Origin: a virus | Direction: 5' to 3' (one strand) | Length of the DNA stretch: 64,000 nt | Virus record (IMG/VR): IMGVR_UViG_3300027741_000025 | Span: 32,001-96,000 of that record | Shown: in pieces, positions 7,730-17,641 of the stretch | Numbering within the stretch: position 1 is the first letter of the stretch | Layout: each line of letters begins with the position of its first letter | The notes under the pieces: generated by a model | Databases searched by the model: none | What the model was told of the DNA's origin: nothing | The model's input: the letters and a program-made list of their open reading frames with translations, nothing else | Translations under genes and position numbers: made by a program

Positions 7730-9680
7730 TTGCTACGCAATTGAGTTTTTGATCATCTCCTGTGATTTTACTTATATCCAATTGTATTTTGACATCTATC
7801 GGAGCCCCCTTGTAGACCATTTCTATTTCTGGTTTCTCTGGCATTAACAATTGGATGGTCGATGGAATATTTCCGTTTATCTCTATAACAGGAGGTATTC
7901 CGACAACCTGTATTTGGCTGGGTATACCAGAAGCATCAATCTTGATTTCTCTTGGGAAATCTTCTGGAATATTTAATCCAATAAATTCTGGGATATCACT
8001 CTTTATTTGAATGATAGTAGGAACACTTGTTGCATCTAAAAATATAGATTTTGGTATATCTGCTTCTGAGATAATTTTAATTTCAGATGGAAGCCTCACA
8101 TCTGGTGCTATTATTTTTATTTGCTCCGGAAGATCTACTTTTTCTATTTTTATTGAAGATGGAATATTAGATGTGTCTATCGTCAAAGGAGGAATACTTG
8201 GAGGAACAATATTTATTACAGACGGTATTCCCAAGCTGTCAACTTCTATTGTTGCATTCATAGAGGGGTTTTCAGAAGAATAGTTTCTGTTTCCCATAAA
8301 GCCCATTCCAGGCTCGATAAATTGCCCAGAAAGATCTTTCATAAATGGAACGCCAGTCGGACACTGAACTGTAACTATGGCGCTAAGTACCGGAGGTAGA
8401 CCAAATGGACCTCCCCAATCAACAACCATTGTTGGTGTTGAAAAAGATATCATAGATGGAATTAAAGGATACCCATTAATATCAAGTAGCCCACTTACTG
8501 TAATTCTGTTGGGAATGCTGGGCGGCATTCCGATCACACTAATGATAGATGGTATGTTAAGCCCGTTAGGATAAACATTAATTTTAGATGGTAAGCTAAA
8601 ACCTCCATCTACATGTATTGGAGATAGACTAATATAGGATGCCAAAGAGCCAGTTATATCTATTTTTACAGGGGATATTCCTATATCGGGTATTTTTATT
8701 GGACTTATCGATATCGGTGGAATAGTAATAGGCGATATTGTTATTTTGCTTGGAATGTTAATTGGCGATATGCCAATATTGATAGAAGAAGGCACAGCAT
8801 TTATGTTACCAACGTCTAGACACGGAAACACAATAGGAGGAATGTTATATTTGTTTGGAAGTGGAGAAAAAGGTGTTATTAATATAGGTGGTATATCTGG
8901 TGGTGGAGGAATAGGAATCTCTAAGGGAGTTATAATTTCCGCCACAACAGGCTCTAAGGGTGCAGTTCTGTCAGTAGGAGTGAATGTAACGGAGCATTTA
9001 TCATTAAAAATTGTTAAAACAGGATCTGGAGTTGAATTTGGAGCATATGTGTGATTACCTTGTAATACATTTGTAGTGTAATTCCCATCACCAAAATCCA
9101 ATCTAAAACTTGTGAAAGATCCATTTATTTCAAGTAAGTATTGAGCAAGCACGCCTGTTGTTTGACTGTTTTCAAGTATGTTAAATGTAAAATTTACATC
9201 TGGGCATCCATAATCATCAAATATAGCGGGAACTGCCTGTAGATTTCTTATCCTCCAGTCAAGTGTGGTCTTGTCAGTAGAAAAATTATTTCCTATAAAT
9301 TCTTGTACATTTATAATGGCATCGACCATCTGATTGTGATGCTCGGCTATTACAAAACCTCTTACTTTAACCCCAGAATAATTGTATTTTGTTTCTTCTC
9401 CGCCCAAATTACGAATACATTCTTTGAATTTAAAAACTTTTTGTTCGCCATTAACAAGTTTTTTTTCAACACTATTGTAGTAAAACAACTCTCCTTCTAT
9501 GTTTGCAAATCCATTATTTGACCATAATTCATTATTCTCAGAAGGTCTTATTTCTATTTCGTCCGCCCACGGAGCATTGTCAGAAGCCAATATTGCTTCC
9601 GATGTATTGAAAACAAGAAACAATGTCTCGTCAGAGTCATATTTGCTGGGATATAGTGGATTTGGCGGCGGTCTTGTCAA
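7713..9680 (-). CDS. Virion structural protein: shared AEHHN N-terminal domain, PKD-like domain, Ile/Pro-rich C-terminus
   Basis: AEHHNQMVDA and LDFGDG...HTY motifs, then about 400 aa of IPS.I.I repeats. Confidence 0.7.
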   Translation of the reverse strand: MTRPPPNPLYPSKYDSDETLFLVFNTSEAILASDNAPWADEIEIRPSENNELWSNNGFANIEGELFYYNSVEKKLVNGEQKVFKFKECIRNLGGEETKYNYSGVKVRGFVIAEHHNQMVDAIINVQEFIGNNFSTDKTTLDWRIRNLQAVPAIFDDYGCPDVNFTFNILENSQTTGVLAQYLLEINGSFTSFRLDFGDGNYTTNVLQGNHTYAPNSTPDPVLTIFNDKCSVTFTPTDRTAPLEPVVAEIITPLEIPIPPPPDIPPILITPFSPLPNKYNIPPIVFPCLDVGNINAVPSSINIGISPINIPSKITISPITIPPISISPIKIPDIGISPVKIDITGSLASYISLSPIHVDGGFSLPSKINVYPNGLNIPSIISVIGMPPSIPNRITVSGLLDINGYPLIPSMISFSTPTMVVDWGGPFGLPPVLSAIVTVQCPTGVPFMKDLSGQFIEPGMGFMGNRNYSSENPSMNATIEVDSLGIPSVINIVPPSIPPLTIDTSNIPSSIKIEKVDLPEQIKIIAPDVRLPSEIKIISEADIPKSIFLDATSVPTIIQIKSDIPEFIGLNIPEDFPREIKIDASGIPSQIQVVGIPPVIEINGNIPSTIQLLMPEKPEIEMVYKGAPIDVKIQLDISKITGDDQKLNCVAIVPCK

Positions 9681-9695
9681 TTCATTTTCCTCGTA

Positions 9696-12605
9696 TTAAT
9701 ATATTGTAGATAGCCATTGTTTTTCATTAATATCGCCAGGTCTTCCTCCAAGATACCTGAAAGTTAGATCTATATCATTGAATTTGACAAAGGATTTAGC
9801 ACTATAGTCATAGCTTATATATACATTATGATCCTGATCTGAAGTAGCCAGCAAAGTTTGATTAAGATCATCAAAACCAGTTACAGTAGAATCTTGAAGT
9901 GATTTAAAAGCTGTAGATCCAACTCCAGGACCACCGGTTGACCAAACTCCTGTTGTTGAATTGAATACCGATATGGCACCAGAGTTATTAAACAGAAATA
10001 TTGCACTGGAGAGATTTACTAGCTGACCTTCTGTCTTAGTTGGACCGGAAAGATCATTTATTTTTTTAATTTCAGAAATTGGATTTGATGTAATTCCACT
10101 TGTTTTATAAAAGTTTTTGAGTCTGAAGAATTTACCCTCCCCAGAATTTTGGAGTATGTATCCTGATCCATCTCTCCAAACCGATCTTGTGAAGCTATAC
10201 CCATCGGATGGCAAGGTATAATTTTTTATATCTTCTGCTCCGTTCTTGAATGAGCTTGAATTTAAACAATTTGTGCTATAAATATAATTTGATAGAGACA
10301 AAGAAACAACGCTAGTGTCTATTTTTGATACATTTCCATCTCCGCACGCATTTGCATTTGTCCCAGATGATTCATTTTTGTTATTCCCCAGAATAAAATA
10401 AATATTATCTCCTCCCGAAGGCAATCCAGCCCAACCCCATTGTCTAGATACGGCCGGTCCTATTAAAGTGTATGCAGAATAAACATCATAAAAAGAACTG
10501 TATTTTTGAAAAAACACTCCTTCATACAAAACAGGTTCGCCACTATCTCTTCCCGTAGCCCAAAACATCAAACCCTCAGAATTTTTATTACCAGACCCAT
10601 AGTTATCCATCTTAGCAAAACCATTATTTCTTTCGAATTCTCTTATAGATCTGCATTTTTCACTATATGAATAGCAACTATCACAACACTTTGTTCCACA
10701 ATCACAGTTGTTTGTTCCCACACTTCCTAAAAAACTACTATTGAATTTTGGGCCTATGTCAGAAGTGTTATTTAAAGTTTTAAATGTTTCACTTATAAGT
10801 CCAAATTCATGAGAAACAATCACATCAGATTTGCCTTTTGTCCATATCCATAAATTTGAATTTTCTATTACATCTATGCTTGATTTAAAGTTTGTAATCC
10901 GGTAGTTCCCACTATCAGTATCTGTTCTCAAAACTACATCATAAACTCCCCCAACACTAAACGAAGCTATTGTGTAACTTTGATTAAGATGAGTGAGATC
11001 ATCACTTATTCCCCATGAATAAGAATTTATTGCATCTGATGCATTTTGACCATTTTTTAAAGAAGCTGTGGCAGATACACTAACATTTTCAAACTTCTGA
11101 TTGACCGCAGAGCTGCTGCCTATTTTTATCACATCTCCTGAGATCACGCTAAAATTTGGGGAAGTTATACTTGTTGAAGCAGGATAGTTAGTATCAGAAT
11201 AAGAATAAATAATGTCGCCATTTTTGTAAATTATTGCAACATTTGAGTTTTGTTCGCCATCAGAGTAATCAAATTTAACGGTGGCCAAACCAGGATCTGT
11301 TGCCTCCCATTGATATTCATTGAGTCCGTCAGGTTCAAACAAAGCAATAGAAGAAGCTCTTGTAAAAGGATCGCCCGGAGTGCCTGAGCCTAAAAAATTA
11401 GACTGCGCGCCGTATCTGACTGTTTTTAGATTATAAGTTGGTATGTTTATTGAAATATAAGTGTTTATTGGAGATGTGATTCTATAGAGTCTTTTATTTA
11501 TTTCTTCTTCTAAGAAAGTTTCGCCCAAGAAAGTTTGGGTCACCCCGGGCACAAAATTAATTTCTGCTTCTGAAGGACAAAATTCTCTTACATTGACTAT
11601 ATTTCTGAGAATACACGTATCAGATCCAAAATCATTAGTAACAGTTAAAGATACATCAATAAAACCAGGATTTTCATAAGTATAAATTAAACTATCTTGA
11701 TCTAAATTTAAATAAATGGTAATTCCCCCAGATTTATCTCCTCCTTCTCCTATGACTAATCTATATTTTGGATTATTTCTTGTAGAAGAATAAATAATAT
11801 TGAAAGATCTACTATTTCCAACATCACTATGACTAATCCACTCATCTGTGGATTTCTGTAAAGTATAGTTTTCTGGCAAGAAACTTTCTGTAACTTCCAC
11901 ATTAACAGTTGTCAATACTTCGCCCGTGCCTAAGGTTTTAAAACTAAATGATTTGCTATATGCAAAATAATCACCAGATCCATAATTAAAATTCCACTTA
12001 TGTTCTGTGGAGCGACTGGTACCGTCAGTGCCCAACCTAAAACTTAAATCAGTGAATTTTATAACACTTGGTTTCAATCCTATTTTTTTATCAACACCAA
12101 ACCAAGCCTTGGGAGCTAAAACTAAGTATCGTAGATAATTAGTTCTTTGTTCAATTGTTCCTTCTAAAGGATTAGCTGCTCTTTCACCCTGTACTCCTGC
12201 AAATTTTTCTATGTTTATAACGGCGTCTTTTAAAGAATTATGATGCTCAGCCATCACATTCTGTGTAATATTTGTTATATCCTTGTATTTTTTAACATCC
12301 TCAAAGCCAGAAAGAATGTTAATTCCACTGAAATATGCTGTTGTTGAAGATGTTATTGTTTTTGTTGTGTAATAAAAAGATATGGCTCTTTGTTTTATTT
12401 CCTCGCATTGATCCGTCAGTGTTATTATTCCTCCTCCGCGAGATTGATCTGGGAATCTATCTATAGCTTCTGTGTTGCCATATACATATATTTCTTTGGA
12501 TACTCCTGGAATATAATCTTCCGCTAAAGAGACTCTTAGATAATCATGAACCTCATACAAATTTTTATTTGTATCGAAATTTTCTGGGTAGTTGCTGAGA
12601 TTCAT
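9696..12605 (-). CDS. Virion structural protein with AEHHN domain and PKD-like domains
   Basis: AEHHNSLKDA, YTYENPGFIDVSLTVTNDFG, and a Cys cluster CDCGTKCCDSC. Confidence 0.7.
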   Translation of the reverse strand: MNLSNYPENFDTNKNLYEVHDYLRVSLAEDYIPGVSKEIYVYGNTEAIDRFPDQSRGGGIITLTDQCEEIKQRAISFYYTTKTITSSTTAYFSGINILSGFEDVKKYKDITNITQNVMAEHHNSLKDAVINIEKFAGVQGERAANPLEGTIEQRTNYLRYLVLAPKAWFGVDKKIGLKPSVIKFTDLSFRLGTDGTSRSTEHKWNFNYGSGDYFAYSKSFSFKTLGTGEVLTTVNVEVTESFLPENYTLQKSTDEWISHSDVGNSRSFNIIYSSTRNNPKYRLVIGEGGDKSGGITIYLNLDQDSLIYTYENPGFIDVSLTVTNDFGSDTCILRNIVNVREFCPSEAEINFVPGVTQTFLGETFLEEEINKRLYRITSPINTYISINIPTYNLKTVRYGAQSNFLGSGTPGDPFTRASSIALFEPDGLNEYQWEATDPGLATVKFDYSDGEQNSNVAIIYKNGDIIYSYSDTNYPASTSITSPNFSVISGDVIKIGSSSAVNQKFENVSVSATASLKNGQNASDAINSYSWGISDDLTHLNQSYTIASFSVGGVYDVVLRTDTDSGNYRITNFKSSIDVIENSNLWIWTKGKSDVIVSHEFGLISETFKTLNNTSDIGPKFNSSFLGSVGTNNCDCGTKCCDSCYSYSEKCRSIREFERNNGFAKMDNYGSGNKNSEGLMFWATGRDSGEPVLYEGVFFQKYSSFYDVYSAYTLIGPAVSRQWGWAGLPSGGDNIYFILGNNKNESSGTNANACGDGNVSKIDTSVVSLSLSNYIYSTNCLNSSSFKNGAEDIKNYTLPSDGYSFTRSVWRDGSGYILQNSGEGKFFRLKNFYKTSGITSNPISEIKKINDLSGPTKTEGQLVNLSSAIFLFNNSGAISVFNSTTGVWSTGGPGVGSTAFKSLQDSTVTGFDDLNQTLLATSDQDHNVYISYDYSAKSFVKFNDIDLTFRYLGGRPGDINEKQWLSTIY

Positions 12606-12612
12606 TTTTTTC

Positions 12613-14070
12613 CTAATCTATTGTTATTTCTTCTTTTAAGAAAGCTTTTTTAATTGTTTGATTGTTAAATGAAACAAACACCGAAGGGTTATATAAAGAA
12701 GATGGATAATTTATTTTATACATAAAATATATAGTATGTATATTTGGGTCTGTCTCTGTGTAGCTCCTGACTATTTCTGGTTTCCAAAGATTTTTTGATT
12801 GTCCGCCACAGTTGGCAGTATAGAAGCTTCCATTTATCGGACCAACCTTCCCAATCATAACATTATTTAAACTCAGGCTACTTCCGTCGCCCTTCGATAT
12901 TGTGATCAATTTTCCGTCGCCATCTATTGAGGATATTTTTCCGATTTTTGTTGTTGTTGCACCTCCTTGCTCATAAGCAAAGATTACATATTGGCCAGTA
13001 TAAGGCGAAGTCAAATATTTTCTAATATCTTCTTTGAATTTGAATTTATTATTATCAACACCACAAGAATAAAACTTTTTGATTACACAGCCATCTCCAT
13101 TAAAGTTCCAATATCTTTCTTTCACATCTCCATCTGTTTGATCAACAAATTCAAAAATAGTAGGGTTTTCGCCTATAGGCACGACTTCAAACTGATCGCC
13201 GGCATGGCACTCTTCTGGTTCTGCGAGAGAAAAGGATGTGCCGCTTGTCATGTTTGGAGTTGTTGTTAAAACATCAAATCCATCCGGAGAATTCTTTACA
13301 TAAAAGAATGGGGTTCTTAATGTATCATCCACTACTATATAATTATTCTTTGTGACTATTCCTTGCCCGCCCAATACACTCACAACAACCAACTCTACAG
13401 AATATGATCCTTCTTTTGCGTATGTGTGAATTGGATTTTTTTCAGTGGATGTTGTTCCATCTCCAAAATCCCAAAAACATCTAATTAATGGTCCATTTAA
13501 CTCATTTGGCGCCATGCCAAGACTAAAGTTTTGAAAAGAAACTGTGAGAGGAGCACCCCCAGAAATTGGATAAGCTCTAAACAATGGCTTTGGTGTAAGA
13601 AATCTATTCTCTTGGTTTTTTAATATCCCATTCAAAGATATATCGTTTGGATTTGACTTTAAACCTAAATTAATTTCTGTTTTTATAACAGCATCTTTTA
13701 CAGCATTGTGATGCTCTGCACTAACAGAGTTGGACACGGTGCTCCCTAGGGTCCATTGATTTTGTCTAGATCCCGCAAAACCACGAACCAAATTATTGAA
13801 AGTATTATCAGTCCTGGCTGCGTAATAAATTAATTCCCCGGAATTAAATTTTTTATTTGTAATTCTTATTAACCCCTGTAGAGGGAAACCTGATGCATCT
13901 TCGACAATAATTTTTTTTGCAGAATATCCTACACTTTGTTTCAAAGTAGTTGTTGCATTATTTTTAACCTCATATAGACTTTTTTTGGTGTCAATAGCTT
14001 CTGGGTATAAAGAAAGATCTCCGGTTATATAGCCGATATTTAAACTATCAATTCTTGCCATTTGATGCAC
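12613..14070 (-). CDS. PKD-domain virion protein with AEHHN domain
   Basis: Canonical PKD motif GGAPLTVSF...WDFGDGTTSTEKNPIHTYAKEGSYSVEL. Confidence 0.8.
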   Translation of the reverse strand: MHQMARIDSLNIGYITGDLSLYPEAIDTKKSLYEVKNNATTTLKQSVGYSAKKIIVEDASGFPLQGLIRITNKKFNSGELIYYAARTDNTFNNLVRGFAGSRQNQWTLGSTVSNSVSAEHHNAVKDAVIKTEINLGLKSNPNDISLNGILKNQENRFLTPKPLFRAYPISGGAPLTVSFQNFSLGMAPNELNGPLIRCFWDFGDGTTSTEKNPIHTYAKEGSYSVELVVVSVLGGQGIVTKNNYIVVDDTLRTPFFYVKNSPDGFDVLTTTPNMTSGTSFSLAEPEECHAGDQFEVVPIGENPTIFEFVDQTDGDVKERYWNFNGDGCVIKKFYSCGVDNNKFKFKEDIRKYLTSPYTGQYVIFAYEQGGATTTKIGKISSIDGDGKLITISKGDGSSLSLNNVMIGKVGPINGSFYTANCGGQSKNLWKPEIVRSYTETDPNIHTIYFMYKINYPSSLYNPSVFVSFNNQTIKKAFLKEEITID

Positions 14071-14722
14071 CTAATTTTTTAGTATATTCATTTTGTAAAT
14101 TCATCATATTTGACTGTAAAGCATTCAGTTTATTTAAAACCTGTTGTTTTATAGGTATGTCATCTGGTAGAGATAAAACTGTCTCTACTAGATCTATATC
14201 TATATTATTTTCAAGCAAAATTTTAAGATTCATTTTCTCCAGGAGTTTTGTGCCCCAGTATTCTTTTTGAGCTTCAAAATCATCAAAATTCTTAATAGGT
14301 TCTATTTTTTCAATATTTTTATATGTTTGTAAGAAGAATTCACACTCTTCTTCTATGAATTTTTGCTTTTCTTCCAGGTCTGTTATTGTGTTTTTAACAC
14401 TTTCGACAGCTCTATTTAATTGCCTGTGTTTTATTTCAAGCTCTTTCTTGGTGAGTTCATCTGCTTCTTGATCTTTTAATTTATTTAATTTAATAATATT
14501 TATTTCTTGAAGCTCTAATTTATCTTTCTCTTCTTCAATTTGTAGTATTATGTTCTTTAAGTTATCTTTTCTTAGTTTTAATTCCCTTAGGCATTGCCAC
14601 ATTTTAGCTTGATTTGTAGGTTCTTTTCCTATTAAAAAATATTTTAATTGAAAATAGCTATGTCTTGAAACCACGTCAGTTTTCAACAAATCATCCATCC
14701 TTCTGATCAACTCATTAGGCAT
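14048..14722 (-). CDS. Coiled-coil hypothetical protein
   Basis: 224 aa, heptad-rich in K/E/L. Confidence 0.7.
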   Translation of the reverse strand: MPNELIRRMDDLLKTDVVSRHSYFQLKYFLIGKEPTNQAKMWQCLRELKLRKDNLKNIILQIEEEKDKLELQEINIIKLNKLKDQEADELTKKELEIKHRQLNRAVESVKNTITDLEEKQKFIEEECEFFLQTYKNIEKIEPIKNFDDFEAQKEYWGTKLLEKMNLKILLENNIDIDLVETVLSLPDDIPIKQQVLNKLNALQSNMMNLQNEYTKKLGASNGKN

Positions 14723-14781
14723 ATTTTACTCTCTATAATATAAGATTTCTTTAAAACTAAGATAGTAAAATCTGAGACAAT

Positions 14782-15117
14782 CTATGACTCAGAAACTGAA
14801 GGAAAAAGAATCCATTTTATTTGAGATTCATCCCAATAATAGTTTTGTCCGTCGATTGGATAAGCTATGGGACTTTCCCACAAACAAGTCTGTTCATTTA
14901 AAATCCAAGAATTAAAAGGTTTAATTGGAATAAAAGCATCTAATGCTTTATCATATTTTCCGCCAATAGAAGCATAGTTTTTTCTTATGCTGTTTGTATA
15001 ACTTGTTTGTATCCAATTTTTTGGATCTCCTAAAAACCCGCTGTCTATAAAATCCTGCTCTGCTACTATTACTCTTAAAATATTTCCATCATTATCAATT
15101 TCTGCAAAATGACTCAT
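14782..15117 (-). CDS. Small phage protein typically found after glycine-rich fibre genes (possible fibre chaperone)
   Basis: MSHFAEID...WIQTSY...RKNYA.IG..YD...DAFI..KPF.SW, coupled to the upstream gene. Confidence 0.7.
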   Translation of the reverse strand: MSHFAEIDNDGNILRVIVAEQDFIDSGFLGDPKNWIQTSYTNSIRKNYASIGGKYDKALDAFIPIKPFNSWILNEQTCLWESPIAYPIDGQNYYWDESQIKWILFPSVSES

Positions 15118-17630
15118 GTTAAATACCTCACTATTACTATTCCGGATCCACCATGGGCAATTCCTCCGCCTCCACCACCTCGATTAATACCGCCAGCTGT
15201 CCCAGCATTAGAATTTGTATTTCCACCACCACCACCACCGACACTACCAGCCCCAGATACGTGTTCTCCGTTACCACCACCACCCCCAGAGTATGCGGTG
15301 TTGATTCCGTTTATTAATGAATAGCCACCTTTTCCCCCCGCCCCTCCAACTCCTTGATTATTCCCGGTTCCCGAACCTCCTGCACCACCGTACCCGCCAC
15401 CACCTCCGCCCGCTATCCAATTGCCCCATCTGTTGTTTCCACCCACTCTACCCTGCCCCGAAGTACCAGCGCCTGCACAACATCCTCCTTTAAATCCTGC
15501 TCCACCCCCAGAACCACCACGGTTACCGTTGTTGCTCCCACCCTCTCCATCACCTCCACCGCCGCCACCAATGGCTCTTAGAGTAGTAAAAACAGAATCG
15601 CCTCCATTGCTAGATTTTGCACCACCTGCACCAACAACAACGGGAACCGTTGTATCGGCTAAAAACGTGTATGTAGAAGAAACAAATCCACCACCACCGC
15701 CGCCGCCGGCGGCTCTTAGGTTTCCACCACCACCACCACCCCCGATCAATAACACCTCTACATCAAGAGGTTGAGAAGTATATATCTGCAAAGTTCCACT
15801 AGTTTTAAATGTATGAATAGTGTAGCCCCCTGAGTTTGTTACCACCCCTCCTACTGCATAAGGTTTTAAAGTAGCAGTAGGCGTTGGTGTGGCGGTAGCA
15901 GTAGGCGTTGGTGTCTTAGTAGGAGTTACTGTAGCAGTAGCAGTTGCTGTTGGTGTGGCAGTAGCAGTAGCTGTTGGCGTCTTAGTAGGAGTTGGTGTAG
16001 CAGTAGCTGTTGGTGTCTTAGTAGGAGTTACTGTAGCAGTAGCGGTTGCTGTTGGTGTGGCAGTAGCAGTAGCTGTTGGCGTCTTAGTAGGAGTTGGTGT
16101 AGCAGTAGCTGTTGGTGTGGCAGTAGCTGTTGGCGTCTTAGTAGGTGTTGGTGTAGCAGTAGCTGTTGGTGTGGCAGTAGCTGTTGGCGTCTTAGTAGGA
16201 GTTGGTGTAGCAGTTGGTGTTGGTGTAGCAGTTGGTGTTGGTGTCTTGGTTGGTGTGACTGTGGGTGTAGCAGTTGGTGTTGGTGTCTTGGTTGGTGTAG
16301 TTGTCGATGTTGGTGTGGCAGTTGGTGTTGGTGTATTTGTAAGTGTGACTGTGGGTGTAGCAGTTGGTGTTGGTGTCTTGGTTGGTGTAGTTGTCGATGT
16401 TGGTGTCTTGGTTGGTGTGACTGTGGGTGTAGCAGTTGGTGTTGGTGTCTTGGTTGGTGTAGTTGTCGATGTTGGTGTATTTGTCGATGTTGGTGTATTT
16501 GTAAGTGTGACTGTGGGTGTAGCAGTTGGTGTTGGTGTATTTGTAAGTGTGACTGTGGGTGTAGCAGTTGGTGTTGGTGTCTTGGTTGGTGTAGTTGTCG
16601 ATGTTGGTGTGGCAGTTGGTGTTGGATAAGTAAAACCTGGAAGTGTTTCAGTTAGAGTTGGAGTTGGAGTTGGAGTTGGAGTTGGAGTTGGACCCAAAAC
16701 CTCTTCTACAAGATAGCTGCACCATGGACAATGAATGTTTCCTGGAAGGAATGCTCCCCCAACCTCTGCCAGGTGTTGTTCCACATATTCAAATGTTGCA
16801 TCGCATACCTCTGCCGCCACTTCAAAAAAAACTATAGTATCTGTGTCGTACTGATAGCTCCAGTCAGGATTATAATCTGCTGTATATTTAATTATTTTTC
16901 CTAAAACATGAAGTGGAGGCTCCTGTCCACTTAATTGTTTTCTTGCACTACTTATTTTTAGTGAATCAGTTAATTTAATTACAAAACTATTGATCGATGA
17001 CGAACACCTAACTTTAAAATATGCTACTTCTGGTGTTGTAGTGGGTGTTGTAGTGGGTGTTGTAGTGGGTGTTGTAGTGGGTGTTGTAGTGGGTGTTTCT
17101 GTTGGTGTAGGAGTAGGTGTAGGCGTAGGAATCAAAGGAAATCCCAAATCATAGCCAACAGAATTACTTATAAATAAATATATTTTATCTTTTTGTAAAA
17201 TAGAGTTTATTAATATAGTTGGATTCCAAACAAGCAAAGATAAACCAGATTCAGACTCTTTATAAACTTCAGATATTTTGTTCTGGATTGTAGGATCCAA
17301 GTTATTTAAATTGAAATTTTCATCATTTCTATAAGTAATAAATTGATATTTCTTTGAAACATAACTAGTTTGATCTGCTATATATGTATTTATATCTATG
17401 TTATATGAATAAAATCCAAAGGGTTGACTTATAATATAGTATGTTTTTCCATCAATTAAATAATTGAAATTTGATATTTGAGCGGGCTGCCAAGAAAGAA
17501 TAGAAGAACCAAGATTAGATTCTGTTTTTATGTAAAGTATTTTGTTTTTAATCTCCTCTGGTAAAGAATTTAGATCGAAAATCTCCCCAGAATAAGAAAA
17601 AAATTGATTTATTTTTGTTACAATCAACAT
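15114..17630 (-). CDS. Mucin-like fibre protein: duplicated N-domain, BP74-like domain, long Pro/Thr stalk, glycine-rich C-terminus
   Basis: About 275-aa PT tract. GYTIHTF and [10 protein letters not shown] glycine-rich tail-fibre motifs. Confidence 0.8.
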   Translation of the reverse strand: MLIVTKINQFFSYSGEIFDLNSLPEEIKNKILYIKTESNLGSSILSWQPAQISNFNYLIDGKTYYIISQPFGFYSYNIDINTYIADQTSYVSKKYQFITYRNDENFNLNNLDPTIQNKISEVYKESESGLSLLVWNPTILINSILQKDKIYLFISNSVGYDLGFPLIPTPTPTPTPTETPTTTPTTTPTTTPTTTPTTTPEVAYFKVRCSSSINSFVIKLTDSLKISSARKQLSGQEPPLHVLGKIIKYTADYNPDWSYQYDTDTIVFFEVAAEVCDATFEYVEQHLAEVGGAFLPGNIHCPWCSYLVEEVLGPTPTPTPTPTPTLTETLPGFTYPTPTATPTSTTTPTKTPTPTATPTVTLTNTPTPTATPTVTLTNTPTSTNTPTSTTTPTKTPTPTATPTVTPTKTPTSTTTPTKTPTPTATPTVTLTNTPTPTATPTSTTTPTKTPTPTATPTVTPTKTPTPTATPTPTATPTPTKTPTATATPTATATPTPTKTPTATATPTATATPTPTKTPTATATATPTATATATVTPTKTPTATATPTPTKTPTATATATPTATATATVTPTKTPTPTATATPTPTATLKPYAVGGVVTNSGGYTIHTFKTSGTLQIYTSQPLDVEVLLIGGGGGGGNLRAAGGGGGGGFVSSTYTFLADTTVPVVVGAGGAKSSNGGDSVFTTLRAIGGGGGGDGEGGSNNGNRGGSGGGAGFKGGCCAGAGTSGQGRVGGNNRWGNWIAGGGGGGYGGAGGSGTGNNQGVGGAGGKGGYSLINGINTAYSGGGGGNGEHVSGAGSVGGGGGGNTNSNAGTAGGINRGGGGGGIAHGGSGIVIVRYLT
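15868..16690 (-). repeat. Coding Pro/Thr/Ala tandem repeat region
   Basis: Nested (TP)n, [12 protein letters not shown] and [10 protein letters not shown] repeats. Confidence 0.9.
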
Positions 17631-17641
17631 ACACTCTCCAG

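Noticed and set aside
15889-16629. Val/Gly-rich ORF, and similar ORFs at 18279, 53833, 56074, 60080 and His/Gln-rich 53775
   Set aside because: Antisense or alternate-frame shadows of Pro/Thr repeats.
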